The notes: generated by a model from the sequence alone, not told the origin. Positions 1 to 11,000 are shown, counted from the first letter of the stretch. The stretch: 64,000 nucleotides of DNA from an uncultured delta proteobacterium (GCA_963808625.1 CAWEHK010000029.1:171235-235234); one strand, 5' to 3'. A program made the numbers and translations.

Positions 1-402
1 TCTGCCGGTTTGCGGCTCGTCGGCTGAGATCAATACATCGCGCCTCATGCCAAGGGGAGTGAGTTTGACGAGGTGCGAATTGGCCGCCTGTGGCTGTGGT
101 TCTTCCTCTCGGAAGCTGGAAGGTCCTTGAAGCAATTCCTGGTCAGGGGCGGTAATGGCGAAAACGATCCCATCATTGGTAAAAAATGTTTCATGCCCTC
201 CCGAACTCTCATAGAACTTTACTCTGGGGTCCGTCTGTCCCTCATTGGGGACAAAAGAAAGCGGGATTTTTCCGTACTCTTCCAAAAGATGTGATGCTTT
301 TCCCCCGTTAACATTCGCTGTTGCAGGCTTGGAGAAGACCAGCATGGAGATGAGAACCGCAGCGAAGACAAAATCTCTCGACAGAAGATAACGCGCTTTC
401 AT
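1..402 (-). CDS. 5' part of a secreted protein, probably SBBP/beta-propeller type; runs off the window
   Basis: Manual translation MKARYLLSRDFVFAAVLISMLVFSKPATA... gives a signal peptide, then YGKIPLSFVPNEGQTDPRVKF, typical of the N-terminus of SBBP-repeat proteins. RBS AAGGAAGG upstream. Confidence 0.65.
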   Translation of the reverse strand, partial: MKARYLLSRDFVFAAVLISMLVFSKPATANVNGGKASHLLEEYGKIPLSFVPNEGQTDPRVKFYESSGGHETFFTNDGIVFAITAPDQELLQGPSSFREEEPQPQAANSHLVKLTPLGMRRDVLISADEPQTGR

Positions 403-552
403 AATTCCTTCCTTTTGTTTCTTCGATACACACCACTCGACTCATCGAACCGGTTCCGGATCTTATACTTGATCGCTCGGGCACAGGGAAGAGTTTTCTT
501 GCCGTGGCTCGTGACGACCACCTTTTGGTTCATGGTTTTCGGGCCTTGAGCG

Positions 553-1056
553 CTACTCTGCAAGTCTTGCGATGATCCAGCGATGTTCGGGGTAACTCTC
601 GCTCAAGGATTCTCGGTCGGCCAATTCGAAGTCGTCGTAGTCGAAGCCGGGAGACACGGTGCACCCAACCAGGGAATACGATTGCGGATCATCGACCAGG
701 GCCCCAAACCAGCATCCCGCTTCTATGGCAATTTGAAAGGTCTCGCCTCGTTCGGGGTTCCCTCCCAGCTTCCTCTGCGTGAGCGATCCCGATTGGTCGA
801 TAACATAGAGGGTTAGGGCGCTGCCGGCATAAAAATGCCATACCTCATCAGCTTTCAGTCGATGAAATTTCGAGACTTCATCTCCCGGCAAGAGATAGAA
901 AATGGCTGTCGAAAACGCCCGTGCGCCTTGGAATCTCTCGGGGAGGTGCTCCTCCTCGAGGCCTTCCTTTGACCGGAAAGTCCGCCTGAAATAGCCCCCC
1001 TCGGGATGCCTCGAGAGCCCTAATTGCTCGATCCAGTATAGAGCGTCTTTGGTCAT
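553..1056 (-). CDS. cupin superfamily protein (DUF985/Cupin_5)
   Basis: Motifs HPEGGYFRRTF, STAIFYLL, FHRLKADEVWHFYAG, GCTVSPGFDY. Start reassigned to MTKDALYW. Confidence 0.85.
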   Translation of the reverse strand: MTKDALYWIEQLGLSRHPEGGYFRRTFRSKEGLEEEHLPERFQGARAFSTAIFYLLPGDEVSKFHRLKADEVWHFYAGSALTLYVIDQSGSLTQRKLGGNPERGETFQIAIEAGCWFGALVDDPQSYSLVGCTVSPGFDYDDFELADRESLSESYPEHRWIIARLAE

Positions 1057-1060
1057 GGGC

Positions 1061-3572
1061 TTAATTGTTTGAAGGCCCGCTCTGCCCTGGTTCGCCCGTC
1101 TGACCCCCTTTCGCCGGCTTCTGTGGCTTGACGTGAGGACCTTGATCCCCCGCTTGCCCAGGCGGTCTGACCTGGGGCGGCCGCAAGTCCGGTTGAGGGG
1201 CGGTCGGTCGCACCCGTGGGGTGTCATTAAGCGATGGCCTCGCCTGTCCTGCGGCGCCGGGTTGCATGCCCCCCTCGGGTCGCGAAGGCTTCACGCGCTG
1301 CCCTTGATCGCCCGGTTGTGCCGGCAGTCCGACCTGGGGCGGCCGCACGTCCGGTTGGGGGGCGGTCGGTCGCACCCTCGGCGTGTCATTGAGCGATGGT
1401 CTTGCCTGTCCCGCGGCGCCGGGTTGTATGCCCCCCTCGGGTCGCGAAGGCTTCACGCGCTGCCCTTGATCGCCCGGTTGTGCCGGCAGTCCGACCTGGG
1501 GCGGCCGCCCGTCCGGTTGGGGGGCGGTCGGTCGCACCCGTGGCGTGTCATTGAGCGAAGGTCTTGCCTGTCCCGCGGCGCCGGGTTGCATGCCCCCCTC
1601 GGGTCGCGAAGGCTTCACGCGCTGCCCTTGATCCCCCGGTTGTGCCGGCAGTCCGACCTGGGGCGGCCGCACGTCCTGATATGGTGCGGGTGGCCTGACC
1701 CTCCGTGGATCACGGTCACCGGGTCTTACCTGACCAGGTTCAGCCGGCTGCACCTCACCACCGACCGCCGGCGGCCTCTCTCCCTGGCCATCCTGGCCCA
1801 ATAGTGGAGAAGGTCCGGTTCCCGGCGCTCGGCATTTCCCGGCCAGGTTTCACGGGCCTTGGCTTCGTTCCTTCACCGGTTAGCGTTCGGTCTCGATCCG
1901 GTTCGCCAGGCCGAGCTTCCGGGCGGACCCTGTCGGGTTGGCCCTCAAATTCTTGACTTGGCCCGGTTGCAATCGCTGATGGAGGTTTGGACCTCCCCTT
2001 CAATTCCCGTTGCTGGAGCTGCAGTTCGGTCTGCGGCCTGCTTGCTTCGCTTCCTCTGACGAGTTTGTCGGTTACTTTTGGCGCTTCTATCTTTACATCC
2101 TGCACCGGTTTCGCATACCTAATGGCGGCCACATCCCGCTGGATGAGGTTGGCGTTGAGGCCTCCTGCTTCTCTTGCAAGCCGCTCATTGTGGGCAATTC
2201 TGCTCAGGACGACATCATGGGGCTTATGTTCCGCTCTCATGTCGGTGAAATCGTATCTCTCGCGGATATGGTCGTAATTGTGAATAACTTTGTCGTTGAT
2301 GACCGGAGCAGCACGGTAGTTCTTGATGATGGTATTCCTGTTGATATTGGCAATCCTCAGGTTCTGGTAGTTGTTCACATTGTAGAAGTTGTTTTGGTTA
2401 ATCACTACCGCATGGTTAACATATTGATATTGATTGATATTGATGTTAATGACGTTAATGTTGTTGACAACCATGGTCCTTGGTCCCCACCAATGGCGGC
2501 AGTAATAGGGTTCGGTGGGGCCCAGAGGAATCCAGCCAATATGGGGACCCGAGTAAATCCAACCCACTCTTCCCGGATACCACCCGAACGGAATGGCAAG
2601 AAACGGACCGAAACTCACGCCGACATTCACCACCGGCGGGGCCCAGTACCAGCAATTGGCGCTGCTCACGAACACCCAGTTGCCATAATGGTGGGTTACA
2701 TAACCGAAAGGTTCATAGGGAATCCAGCAGTTGTCCCCGTAATAAACCGTCCATCTCCCCACCGTGAAGGGCGCCCAGCCGACCGAGACATTGATCGGGC
2801 GCCAAAAGTAACGGTAATTCCCTTCGTAATAAACGCGTTCCCATCGGCCATGTTCATCGAGCGCATAGGACTCATCGTGCAGGGCGGGAGGGAGGTAGCG
2901 CACCGAGTCTCCCTGGACTTGCGTCCGCTGTGACCAGATCCGGTCCCGTTCCACATTCCAGTCATCCCAGTCCGCGTCGACATTTCCTTGCCCGGAGGTC
3001 ACCTGGCGGCCGTCAGAAACAACCGAAGAGGAGCCCGCGATCACGTCATACCGGTTTTGGTCAAGATTGGGGATGAAATCGACCTTTCCTTTGAGGGAAA
3101 TCACCTCCAGAGACTGATCACCCACATATAAATCGAATATGGTTCCTGCCGGCGCCACGACATACCCGAAAGGGCTGGTCGCCTTGATCACACCGCTGGT
3201 GCTCCGGTTGTACAGCCTTGCCATGCCGGAGGCGACGTCGACCTCGGTTACCTCCAACTGAAGCGTGATAAGCTGGATCTGGGTGTTGCCCCCGATCCTG
3301 GCCCGGGTGCCATTGGGCATGACCAATTCCGCTTTGGCCTTTGCCTCTGAATAAAGGGAGTCATCCAGGCCAAAGGGGGCATCCCTGACCGTGGCCACCC
3401 AGTCCTTCGCTTCCGGCACATACCGCAGCAATTGGCCTTCGATATGCGCAATACGCCCGACCAGGACCCCTTCTCCGGATGCTCCGGGGTCGCGGGCCTG
3501 AGCCCAGCCGAACGAGGTCATCAAAAGCATTACAATGAACCCTGGAAGGAGGCACTTCCTGATCTTTCCCAT
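1061..3572 (-). CDS. secreted FecR-domain / DUF6600-like protein with Pro-rich repeat tail; one frameshift near 1790
   Basis: Signal peptide, FecR-like region, W/Y/G-rich domain (WAPFTVGRW, PFGYVTHHYGNW), N/I-rich stretch. The tail continues in ORF 1061..1801. Confidence 0.7.
1130..1680 (-). repeat. 162-bp (54-aa) coding tandem repeat, about 3.3 copies
   Basis: CGGTCGGTCGCACCC recurs at 1201, 1363 and 1525. Confidence 0.9.
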
Positions 3573-3704
3573 CTTGGTTCTCCCGTTTCGGAAAAATATT
3601 TCAGACCTTGATCACACGACCGTAGAAATTGGTCTGAAGCCATTGCGCCGGACTGCTCCGGGTGTGAACCGCAATTTGTATTATGGCTCCGCAGAGCACC
3701 TAAA

Positions 3705-3719
3705 GCAATATGCGTTCCA
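3705..3719 (-). promoter_or_regulatory. putative sigma-54 (-24/-12) promoter
   Basis: TGGAACGCATATTGC: GG-N10-GC spacing, upstream of the gene starting at 3572. Confidence 0.6.
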
Positions 3720-3831
3720 GCCTGCTATGTTGTTGAAATACAGTTCTTTTCAAGAGACGGCAAGGGACGATGGGAAATTTGTCGGGCGTCCCGGTTACGA
3801 ATTGTGCACGTCCTGTTACCTAATTTTGCCC

Positions 3832-3880
3832 AAAAGAAAACCCGACTCTTGCCGGCATGCTGACCGGCAAGGGTCGGGTT
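3832..3880 (-). terminator. intrinsic terminator
   Basis: Hairpin CCCGACTCTTGCCGG...CCGGCAAGGGTCGGG followed by a T-tract on the minus strand. Confidence 0.75.
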
Positions 3881-3919
3881 CGATGCGGGAGGCTTGCTGC
3901 CGTCGTTTGATGCTGACGG

Positions 3920-4741
3920 CTAGAAAGCGGCGGCGATGCGCACCCCACCAAAGACGTGGTTGGCCTGCGTATCCCAGGAGACGAGCGTGATCACTTCGTT
4001 AGCCTTGTGACTTAGCGGAAAAGCGAAACCAATCCTGGGGGAGACGGTGATAAATTTCCAAACCGGGATGTTCAGAGCAGCAAAGATCTGCCCGGAGAGA
4101 AACCCGGAAAAAGCTTGATCGGGATTGCTCGGGTCAGGGTAAGCGGTGTTATCATCTGAGTTCTGGTAGACAAAGGTCATCCCCAAATCGGTGCTCATGT
4201 CGTACCAGGGCAGCTTGAAGTTCCGTGAAGCGTCAAATTGAACCCACCAGCCGGGATAATGGGACACTTCGCGGTAGCCTGTGACCGCGAAGGTTAGCCA
4301 GGGAAACGCATAGGAAAGCCCGCCGAAGATTTCAAAGGAATCATCGGTGCTGTCCAGGGCGTAGTAGATCCCGCCAACCGTCCCGCTCAATTCTCCGTAG
4401 ATCTGGTGAGAATAGGAAAAGGTCAAGTCCGTCTCATTCCATGTGGCGCCACTGTATGGAGGCGGGTTCCCGGGAGGGTGGGCATTCGTGTCAAAATTCC
4501 CCCAGAGATTGAGGGAAAAACCCTTATAGCCGGCGGTCATCGATGGCTGGATGACCACGCTGTCTTTGCTGAGGGCATAACCTCGCCAAACGTACTTGCT
4601 GAGCACGTCGGTGTAAAGACTGGCGGTCGGCTTGTCCTCTTCTCCTTCGGCCAGGGCGGAGGCGCTGGAAATCATTACCAGCGATAGTGCAGCCAAAACA
4701 CCAATGAATAGTTTCGTTCTCCTGAAAAGCAACGCTCTCAT
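3920..4741 (-). CDS. outer-membrane beta-barrel protein (TorF/Gcw_chp-like)
   Basis: Signal peptide, SKYVWRG and ETDLTFSY motifs, C-terminal Phe. Confidence 0.7.
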   Translation of the reverse strand: MRALLFRRTKLFIGVLAALSLVMISSASALAEGEEDKPTASLYTDVLSKYVWRGYALSKDSVVIQPSMTAGYKGFSLNLWGNFDTNAHPPGNPPPYSGATWNETDLTFSYSHQIYGELSGTVGGIYYALDSTDDSFEIFGGLSYAFPWLTFAVTGYREVSHYPGWWVQFDASRNFKLPWYDMSTDLGMTFVYQNSDDNTAYPDPSNPDQAFSGFLSGQIFAALNIPVWKFITVSPRIGFAFPLSHKANEVITLVSWDTQANHVFGGVRIAAAF

Positions 4742-4913
4742 GTCGATAGCCCCTTTTTATTGTGTCAGTCGGTCCCGTCATGCGGGATCAGTAGGCGGAG
4801 ATCAGAAAACAATGTCGATCATCGCTTTCCGCTGTGTTCTGCCCGATATTCCTGTTGCTGCACCGGTTCCATCACCTCCTCGTCAGCTAAACTCTTTCCG
4901 CCCATGAATGATG

Positions 4914-4928
4914 GCAGGAAGCGTGCCA
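4914..4928 (-). promoter_or_regulatory. putative sigma-54 promoter
   Basis: TGGCACGCTTCCTGC, close to the TGGCACG-N4-TTGC consensus, upstream of the gene starting at 4741. Confidence 0.7.
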
Positions 4929-5123
4929 AGCGGCGGCTCGCCCGTAAACGAATGCGGGGAAGGAGGCTATCTTCTCGACATCGTGATAATTTTCAATCTA
5001 TAATGAGCTTGCGTGCGGACTTGAAAAGAGTTGAGATATGTAACAAATTTGTTTATTATTTGCTGAAATGCCGACTTGTTCCAACAAATGTGAAACGCGG
5101 AAACCATTTTTTTCAGGGAGAGT

Positions 5124-5525
5124 ATGGTGGACGAAAACGTCTTGGAAGAAAAACTGGCAGAGGCATTGCTTGCGGAATGGCAGGTCATCCCCACGGGCAG
5201 CGGTTTTTTGGTGACAACAGGCTGGCGCTGGCCTAATGACGAAAAAATTGAAATATATGTCAGGAGCGTTGCTGAGCGGGATGACCTCTATCTGGTAACC
5301 GATGGGGGCGAGCTGTTCAATTTCCTCTTCGCCCGAGGCGTCGATCTGCGCCAGGATGATCGCAACATGGAAATGTTAGAAAACATTGCCGCACGGTCCG
5401 GCGCCAAAATCGTCGACTACCAGATCGTCCAGGGGGCAAACAACGAGGACCTTCCCCGGAGCATCCTGCTGCTTCTGGAGGCTGTAAAAGAGGGTGCCTT
5501 CCTATTCTGGCAACGGCTCGTCTAA
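5124..5525 (+). CDS. hypothetical protein (DUF1828-like)
   Basis: RBS GGGAGAG. Pattern IEIYV...YLVTDGGE. Confidence 0.6.
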   Translation: MVDENVLEEKLAEALLAEWQVIPTGSGFLVTTGWRWPNDEKIEIYVRSVAERDDLYLVTDGGELFNFLFARGVDLRQDDRNMEMLENIAARSGAKIVDYQIVQGANNEDLPRSILLLLEAVKEGAFLFWQRLV

Positions 5526-5987
5526 GAGGTCTGTCTGAAAATCATTTTACCAAAAACCGAAGGATGTCTCACCAAAAAAGCATGAGGAAGGGGAAGTGAT
5601 CGCTCGTTGCCAAGTCAGCTTGGGAATGCAGGCAAAAGCTTCACGCCTTTCCATGTGTTGCGTTTCGAAAGCTCAACGCAACCTACGCTAGATCGTGGTG
5701 GGCGGATGCTTAGCCGGAGCCCTGGTGACACAGCTAGGGCGTAATTTTCGGGCATGTTTCCGAGTGTGTCAAAAAGACCTGCCCACTCCTACCGAACCTG
5801 GGGACACTGTGGGGTGGGCACAGCAGGACACCTGGATGCCCGCTCAGAGCATGCGGATACTCAATTGCAAGCGCCATGTGGCAACCACCTCATCGGCGTT
5901 TTTAGCCTCGGGAATGCACATCCGAGAACTGTCCCCAAAGCAGCATGAGGAACTAAGTGACCAGTCGCCAGCCACTGACCACTGCCA

Positions 5988-7385
5988 CTAGCCACTCATA
6001 TACGCTACAGCCTTCCGCAGTCGCCCCAGCACGGCTTCCTTCCCGAGGACGTCAATGATTTCAAAAAGGCCAGGACTGACGGTCGTTCCGGTCAGGGCGA
6101 CCCTGACGGGTTGGGCAACCTTGCCGAGTTTCAGGTCCGCTTCCGCACACACCCCCTGAAAGGCGCTCTCAAGATTTACTTCATTGAAGACTTCCAGACC
6201 CTCCAGGGAAGCAATCAATTTCGTGAAGGGTCCAACCAGGTTCGGGGTCAGAAACTTCTTTGCGGCAGCCGGGTCGTAGGCGATTTCCGGCACCATGTAG
6301 AACGCCATGGCGTCGGCCATCTCCACGAGATCATGGGTGCGCGGCTGCAGCGTTCGGATGGCTTTCGCAAGGTAATCGGCAGGTTTTTGGAGGTATCCGC
6401 GCGCCGCCAGAAAGGGTTCGAGCAAGGGCACGAGGGATTCGGCGCTCCGCGCTCTGAGGTAATGAGCATTGAGCCAGAGAAATTTTTCCGGATCGAAGAC
6501 ACTCGGAGATTTCCCGACATTTTCCAGGCTGAATTGTTGAATGAGCTCTTCGCGGCTGAAGATTTCCTGGTCGCCGTGGGACCATCCGAGGCGAACGAGG
6601 TAATTGATCAGGGCTTCGGGCAGGTATCCCATGTCCTTGTAGGCCATCACGGAGGTGGCGCCGTGGCGCTTGGAGAGCTTTGCCCGGTCCTGGCCGAGGA
6701 TCATGGGGACGTGGGCGAAGCTCGGCAGAGGCACCTCGAGTGCCTGGTAGATGAGCATCTGGCGCGGCGTGTTGGGGACGTGGTCGTCACCCCGGATCAC
6801 GTGGGTGATGTTCATGGTGATGTCGTCGATGACCACGGCAAAATTATAGGTGGGGATGCCGTCACTGCGTTCGAGCACGAGGTCATCCAGTTCGGCATTG
6901 TCGAACTGGATCGGCCCCTTGATGAGATCGTTCAGCACGGTGGTGCCCACCTGGGGACAGCGAAAACGGATTACCCGGTTGGGGCCAGGCCCCAGTCCGC
7001 GGTCCCGGCAGCGACCGTCATACTTGGGTTTGCGGCCTTCGGCAAGGGCTGCCCGGCGCCGCTCTTCCAGAGCTTCCGGCGTGCACTCGCAGTAGTAGGC
7101 ATGGCCTCTTTGCAGGAGCTTGCCCAGGTATTCGCGGTAGACTTCGAGACGCTGCGTTTGAAAATAGGGGCCCTCGTCCCATTCCAGGCCCAGCCATTCC
7201 ATGGCATCGAGGATGGCCTTGATGGCGTCTTCCGTGGATCGGACGACATCCGTGTCTTCAATCCGCAGGATGAATTTGCCACCGTGGTGCCGCGTGAACA
7301 GCCAGTTGAAGAGAGCCGTGCGGGCGCCGCCGATATGGAGGAAGCCGGTGGGGCTTGGAGGAAAGCGCGTGATAATCGGTTGCAT
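5988..7385 (-). CDS. gltX: glutamate--tRNA ligase
   Basis: RFPPSPTGFLHIGG (HIGH motif), RIEDTD, KLSKRHG (KMSKS motif). Start MQPIITRF. Confidence 0.97.
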   Translation of the reverse strand: MQPIITRFPPSPTGFLHIGGARTALFNWLFTRHHGGKFILRIEDTDVVRSTEDAIKAILDAMEWLGLEWDEGPYFQTQRLEVYREYLGKLLQRGHAYYCECTPEALEERRRAALAEGRKPKYDGRCRDRGLGPGPNRVIRFRCPQVGTTVLNDLIKGPIQFDNAELDDLVLERSDGIPTYNFAVVIDDITMNITHVIRGDDHVPNTPRQMLIYQALEVPLPSFAHVPMILGQDRAKLSKRHGATSVMAYKDMGYLPEALINYLVRLGWSHGDQEIFSREELIQQFSLENVGKSPSVFDPEKFLWLNAHYLRARSAESLVPLLEPFLAARGYLQKPADYLAKAIRTLQPRTHDLVEMADAMAFYMVPEIAYDPAAAKKFLTPNLVGPFTKLIASLEGLEVFNEVNLESAFQGVCAEADLKLGKVAQPVRVALTGTTVSPGLFEIIDVLGKEAVLGRLRKAVAYMSG

Positions 7386-7760
7386 GAATTCTTGAGCTCC
7401 TTTTTTGATCATTTCGAAATGATGAGCAACGGGTTTTACGCATAACACAGTCGCCAGGCGAACTCAAGAAAGAGGGCATCCCTGTCTCTTCAATGCCTGG
7501 TGGTGACTGTCCGGACCTGGAAGGATCCCCCGGGAGAAAATATCTCCGCATAAAACTCCTAACTTGCCCAATTTCCCATCATCTGGCAGTATGAAGAAAA
7601 AGTGCTGAGTGCTGAGTGCTGAGTGCGGGTGGGGGCGTTGTCGGGATGGGTTCCCCTTGCATGATCTGATGGTGCGACACAGGGCATGACGTCTGACACG
7701 ATGCGGGTGGTACGGGACGGTTGAAACGCGGCTGCTATTTTTGGAAGAGGCAAAATCGAG

Positions 7761-8270
7761 ATGATGAAGAACAAGATTTTTTCCTGCTTTGCGTTGATCG
7801 TAATGGTAGCTGCCCTGGGGGGATGCGGTAGAAATCGTCCGGAACTGCCGCCGCCAACGGTTGACCCGGTTGTTTCGAATATCAAGATCCGAGTCGTGGA
7901 TGTCTCGAACGATACCCGGGAATTGTATGATGTGGATATGATCGGGATGATGTGGACGGGCCTGGAGGACTCCCTGAAGAAGCGAGGCATGCTGTGGAAG
8001 CCGGAGGATCCCGGTCTGCCGCTGATTCTCGAGGCTCATGTGGTGAAGTACCAGGAGGGGAACGTCTTCCTTCGTCCGATTTTACCCATGTGGGGAAAGA
8101 CGGTGCTCACGGCGAAGGGTGACCTGAAAAGAGAGGGCCAGGTCGTCGCCTCGGCGGAAGCCAACCGGTCGATTACCCTTGGGAATGAAACCTTTACTCT
8201 CCATGCGTGGCGGAAAATTTTTGCAGGCGTTGCCGAAGATATGGTCAACCAGCTCACGCGGGGATTGTAA
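7761..8270 (+). CDS. hypothetical lipoprotein
   Basis: Lipobox LGGC after a hydrophobic stretch. Confidence 0.7.
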   Translation: MMKNKIFSCFALIVMVAALGGCGRNRPELPPPTVDPVVSNIKIRVVDVSNDTRELYDVDMIGMMWTGLEDSLKKRGMLWKPEDPGLPLILEAHVVKYQEGNVFLRPILPMWGKTVLTAKGDLKREGQVVASAEANRSITLGNETFTLHAWRKIFAGVAEDMVNQLTRGL

Positions 8271-8307
8271 TCCGCACGAGATAAGGCCTCTTTTTTCCAG
8301 TCCAACT

Positions 8308-8372
8308 ATCACCCATCAACCATCAACCATCAACTCATCAACCATCAACCATCAACCATCAACCATCAAATC
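8308..8372 (+). repeat. CCATCAA heptamer array
   Basis: Tandem CCATCAA units seen directly. Confidence 0.9.
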
Positions 8373-8438
8373 ACCAGTGAGACAAGGCGTCTCTTTTCCA
8401 GGACGGGTTGAGCGGGAAATGCCCGTTCCAGAAAAGGC

Positions 8439-8467
8439 TTGACTTTTCTCGGCTCATTTATTAGATA
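8439..8467 (+). promoter_or_regulatory. putative sigma-70 promoter of the tRNA operon
   Basis: TTGACT-N17-TAGATA upstream of tRNA-Val. Confidence 0.45.
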
Positions 8468-8519
8468 AAGGCTCCCGCTTGGAAATAAAGGGTTGCCTGC
8501 CCCGGGGTTGGGGTGAGAA

Positions 8520-8595
8520 GGGCGGATAGCTCAGCCGGGAGAGCATCGGCCTTACAAGCCGGGGGTCACAGGTTCGAACCCTGTTCCGCCCACCA
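8520..8595 (+). tRNA. tRNA-Val(TAC)
   Basis: GGGCGGA/TCCGCCC acceptor stem, CTTACAA anticodon loop, GGTTCGAAC T-arm, encoded CCA. Confidence 0.97.
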
Positions 8596-8608
8596 AGGAA
8601 TACAGTTC

Positions 8609-8685
<77 letters not shown>

Positions 8686-8692
8686 GTTAAAG

Positions 8693-8727
8693 AAAAGGAG
8701 CTGACCTCAGTGGTTGGCTCCTTTTTC
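8693..8727 (+). terminator. intrinsic terminator, possibly bidirectional
   Basis: AAAAGGAGCTGAC...GTTGGCTCCTTTTT. Confidence 0.8.
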
Positions 8728-8756
8728 GTTTATGGGAGACAAGTGTTTGGGTTTCA

Positions 8757-8960
8757 TCATTCCTCCGTCTCGGGAATCACTCGGACCTCCTTCGATGGCT
8801 GGGTGAGATCGAATGTCCACCAATAAGTCCCATCGATTTGATCCGCAGTGACTCTCCCCGACGCCAGGCAGTCGGCAAGCGATATCTGCCGTTCATCGTA
8901 GAGATCGCGAGGGTCCATTTCGATCCAGTATCCGGGGTAAACTTCGACTTCGAGTCTCAT
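8757..8960 (-). CDS. small hypothetical protein
   Basis: 67-aa ORF with RBS AGGAGAG and protein-like composition. Confidence 0.55.
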   Translation of the reverse strand: MRLEVEVYPGYWIEMDPRDLYDERQISLADCLASGRVTADQIDGTYWWTFDLTQPSKEVRVIPETEE

Positions 8961-9189
8961 TTCTTATGTGCTCTCCTGATGCCTGGTCCCGCCTGCAAGG
9001 GACCTCGGATAGCCGATTTTTCGATTTCCGCCGCCCGGAAGGCGGCAGTTGGCCTTTCGACACCGCCCACTTTACAGGAAACCAGCGGCCTTGTGAATCC
9101 TTGTTGCAGGACAAATTCGTTTTATGGTATCGAAAGGCCCTTGGATCAACCCAGGTTCTTTGCTCTTACGAAAACAAAGGAGATGAGCT

Positions 9190-9576
9190 TTGAAAGTGTC
9201 TTGGAAACCATTTCTTGCGGTCCTGCTTCTGGGAGTAATGCTGTTCCCCGCATTCACTCTTGCCGGTTCCTACTACAGCAGTGGGTCCATTGACACGGAC
9301 CTGCAGTTCGAAGACTTCAGGATAGGCAATGACGGGTATTTAACCGGGTTCATCGTCAATTCCTCCAAGCGCACTCGCCCGGCCGTCAAGCTTGACATAT
9401 GGACCACCAATACCCAGGAGACCCAGATCTATTGGAGAAAAACCCTGAATCTTGGCGATCTGGCGCCGGGGGCAAGGGTTCCGGTAAAAGAACCCTATAA
9501 AGTCGATCGGGAAGATCCTGAGAAGACCAAATTCATGTTTCGAGTGCCCGCTCCCGCCAACTTCAGAAACAAATAG
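9190..9576 (+). CDS. secreted hypothetical protein
   Basis: RBS AAGGAG, signal peptide, beta-rich body. Confidence 0.7.
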   Translation: MKVSWKPFLAVLLLGVMLFPAFTLAGSYYSSGSIDTDLQFEDFRIGNDGYLTGFIVNSSKRTRPAVKLDIWTTNTQETQIYWRKTLNLGDLAPGARVPVKEPYKVDREDPEKTKFMFRVPAPANFRNK

Positions 9577-9801
9577 GAGTGGTGCATTTCTGATCGTCAG
9601 GCTAGGGTCAAACCCGCCCCATGACAGAGATAAGGGTTATATTCGTCCAGCTGAATTTCAGAAACACAGCAGGAGAGGTGCACCGCTGATCATCAGAACC
9701 AACTCTCTGCGTTCTCGCGGGTTGCCGTTAGGGATGAAGCTCTTCAGGAGTGGAGATTCTTAACCCTAACCCTAACAAGTCTAATATCGCACGCCAGATG
9801 C

Positions 9802-10614
9802 TCAGCCCAAGAGCTGAATGTATTTTCGGATCGTCGGCAGGTTTCGGATGAATCGGTGAGCAGCCAGTTCGCTGCGGAGGCGGTCGACAGGATAGCTGAT
9901 CCGAAACAGGGTGACCGTTCCGGCATCGCGATCATAGAGGACGGTGTTGGCGACGGGGACCCCATCGCGGTAAGGTCCGCCGATGCTCCCCGCCTTTATC
10001 CAATAGCGCGCCGTGGGATCGATTGTTACGCTCAGCATTTGATCGGCCGCCGGCCGATGGATGCGCACGTCCTCGATCTGCGGTGACTCGATTTCCCCGG
10101 GAAGTTCATATACTGCGGGCACATGATCGTGGCCGCTGAAAATGAGGAGTTTGGGATAATCTTGCCAGGCTTTCAGACTCGCCGCGAGCGCCGCTTCATC
10201 GAGGTAATCGAAGCCGTCGATGGTCGTCGGGGCGCCCGGTTGGGGAAGATGGAAGGGGCTGTGGTGCACCGCCACAAAATCGTCCTGCTCGAGCATGAGC
10301 GGCAGGTTCGACAGGTATTCAAGGGCCCCCGGCAGGGTGCTGAGCCGGCCGGCATTATAAGCGGTGGCCTGCAGGCGATCCAACTGTTCCGGGTGGTCGG
10401 TCAGAAGTCCCGCAACGAGGAGGTCGTGGTTTCCGGCCACCGTTGGAAAGCCAAGGGTGCGCATCCGCCTCAGGGTGCGGTCACCAAAGGGCAGCCATCC
10501 CACGAGGTCTCCCAGGCAGTAAACGGCGTCCGCATCGACTTTGGTCAAATGCCGGAGGCAGGCTTCCAGCGCGTAGGCATTGCCGTGGATGTCGCCAAAG
10601 AAGGAGATGCGCAT
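9802..10614 (-). CDS. metallophosphoesterase family protein
   Basis: GDIHGN, LGDLVG, GNHD and GHDH motifs. Confidence 0.9.
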   Translation of the reverse strand: MRISFFGDIHGNAYALEACLRHLTKVDADAVYCLGDLVGWLPFGDRTLRRMRTLGFPTVAGNHDLLVAGLLTDHPEQLDRLQATAYNAGRLSTLPGALEYLSNLPLMLEQDDFVAVHHSPFHLPQPGAPTTIDGFDYLDEAALAASLKAWQDYPKLLIFSGHDHVPAVYELPGEIESPQIEDVRIHRPAADQMLSVTIDPTARYWIKAGSIGGPYRDGVPVANTVLYDRDAGTVTLFRISYPVDRLRSELAAHRFIRNLPTIRKYIQLLG

Positions 10615-10622
10615 GGTTTGTC

Positions 10623-10817
10623 CTATTCTTCCACCGTTTCAAAGGTACCATCGTCTTTCTGGATGATTTTCATGTTCCGCCCGCTGGGGTCGGTGAATCG
10701 TATCGCCCCGCCGTAAGTTCTCGGCCCAACCGGTTCGCGCGTGCTGCGCCGCTTGACCACAAAAATGAGCAGAGCCAAAATCGCAATTGCCAATATCGTT
10801 GACACCACAAATCCCAT
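10623..10817 (-). CDS. small single-pass membrane protein
   Basis: RBS GGAGGA, N-terminal TM helix followed by KRR. Confidence 0.65.
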   Translation of the reverse strand: MGFVVSTILAIAILALLIFVVKRRSTREPVGPRTYGGAIRFTDPSGRNMKIIQKDDGTFETVEE

Positions 10818-10931
10818 GGTTATCCTCCAAAGTCATAAAAACAACCGGGTGAAATCCTGCATTCTCAAACGCGGGCAGGAATGCCCGCGCTCCCAAAATG
10901 CAAACCCCCGGGGGCAAAATCTCTCATTTAA

Positions 10932-11000
10932 CCAAGAGCCAGGAGCCAAAAGCCAAGAGCCAAGAGCCAAGAGCCAGGAGCCAGGAGCTAAAAGCCAAAA
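10932..11000. repeat. AGCCAAG/AGCCAGG heptamer array
   Basis: Tandem units just downstream of the nudC stop. Confidence 0.85.

Noticed and set aside
9761..9777. TAACCC telomere-like repeat
   Set aside because: Fewer than three units; compatible with chance.
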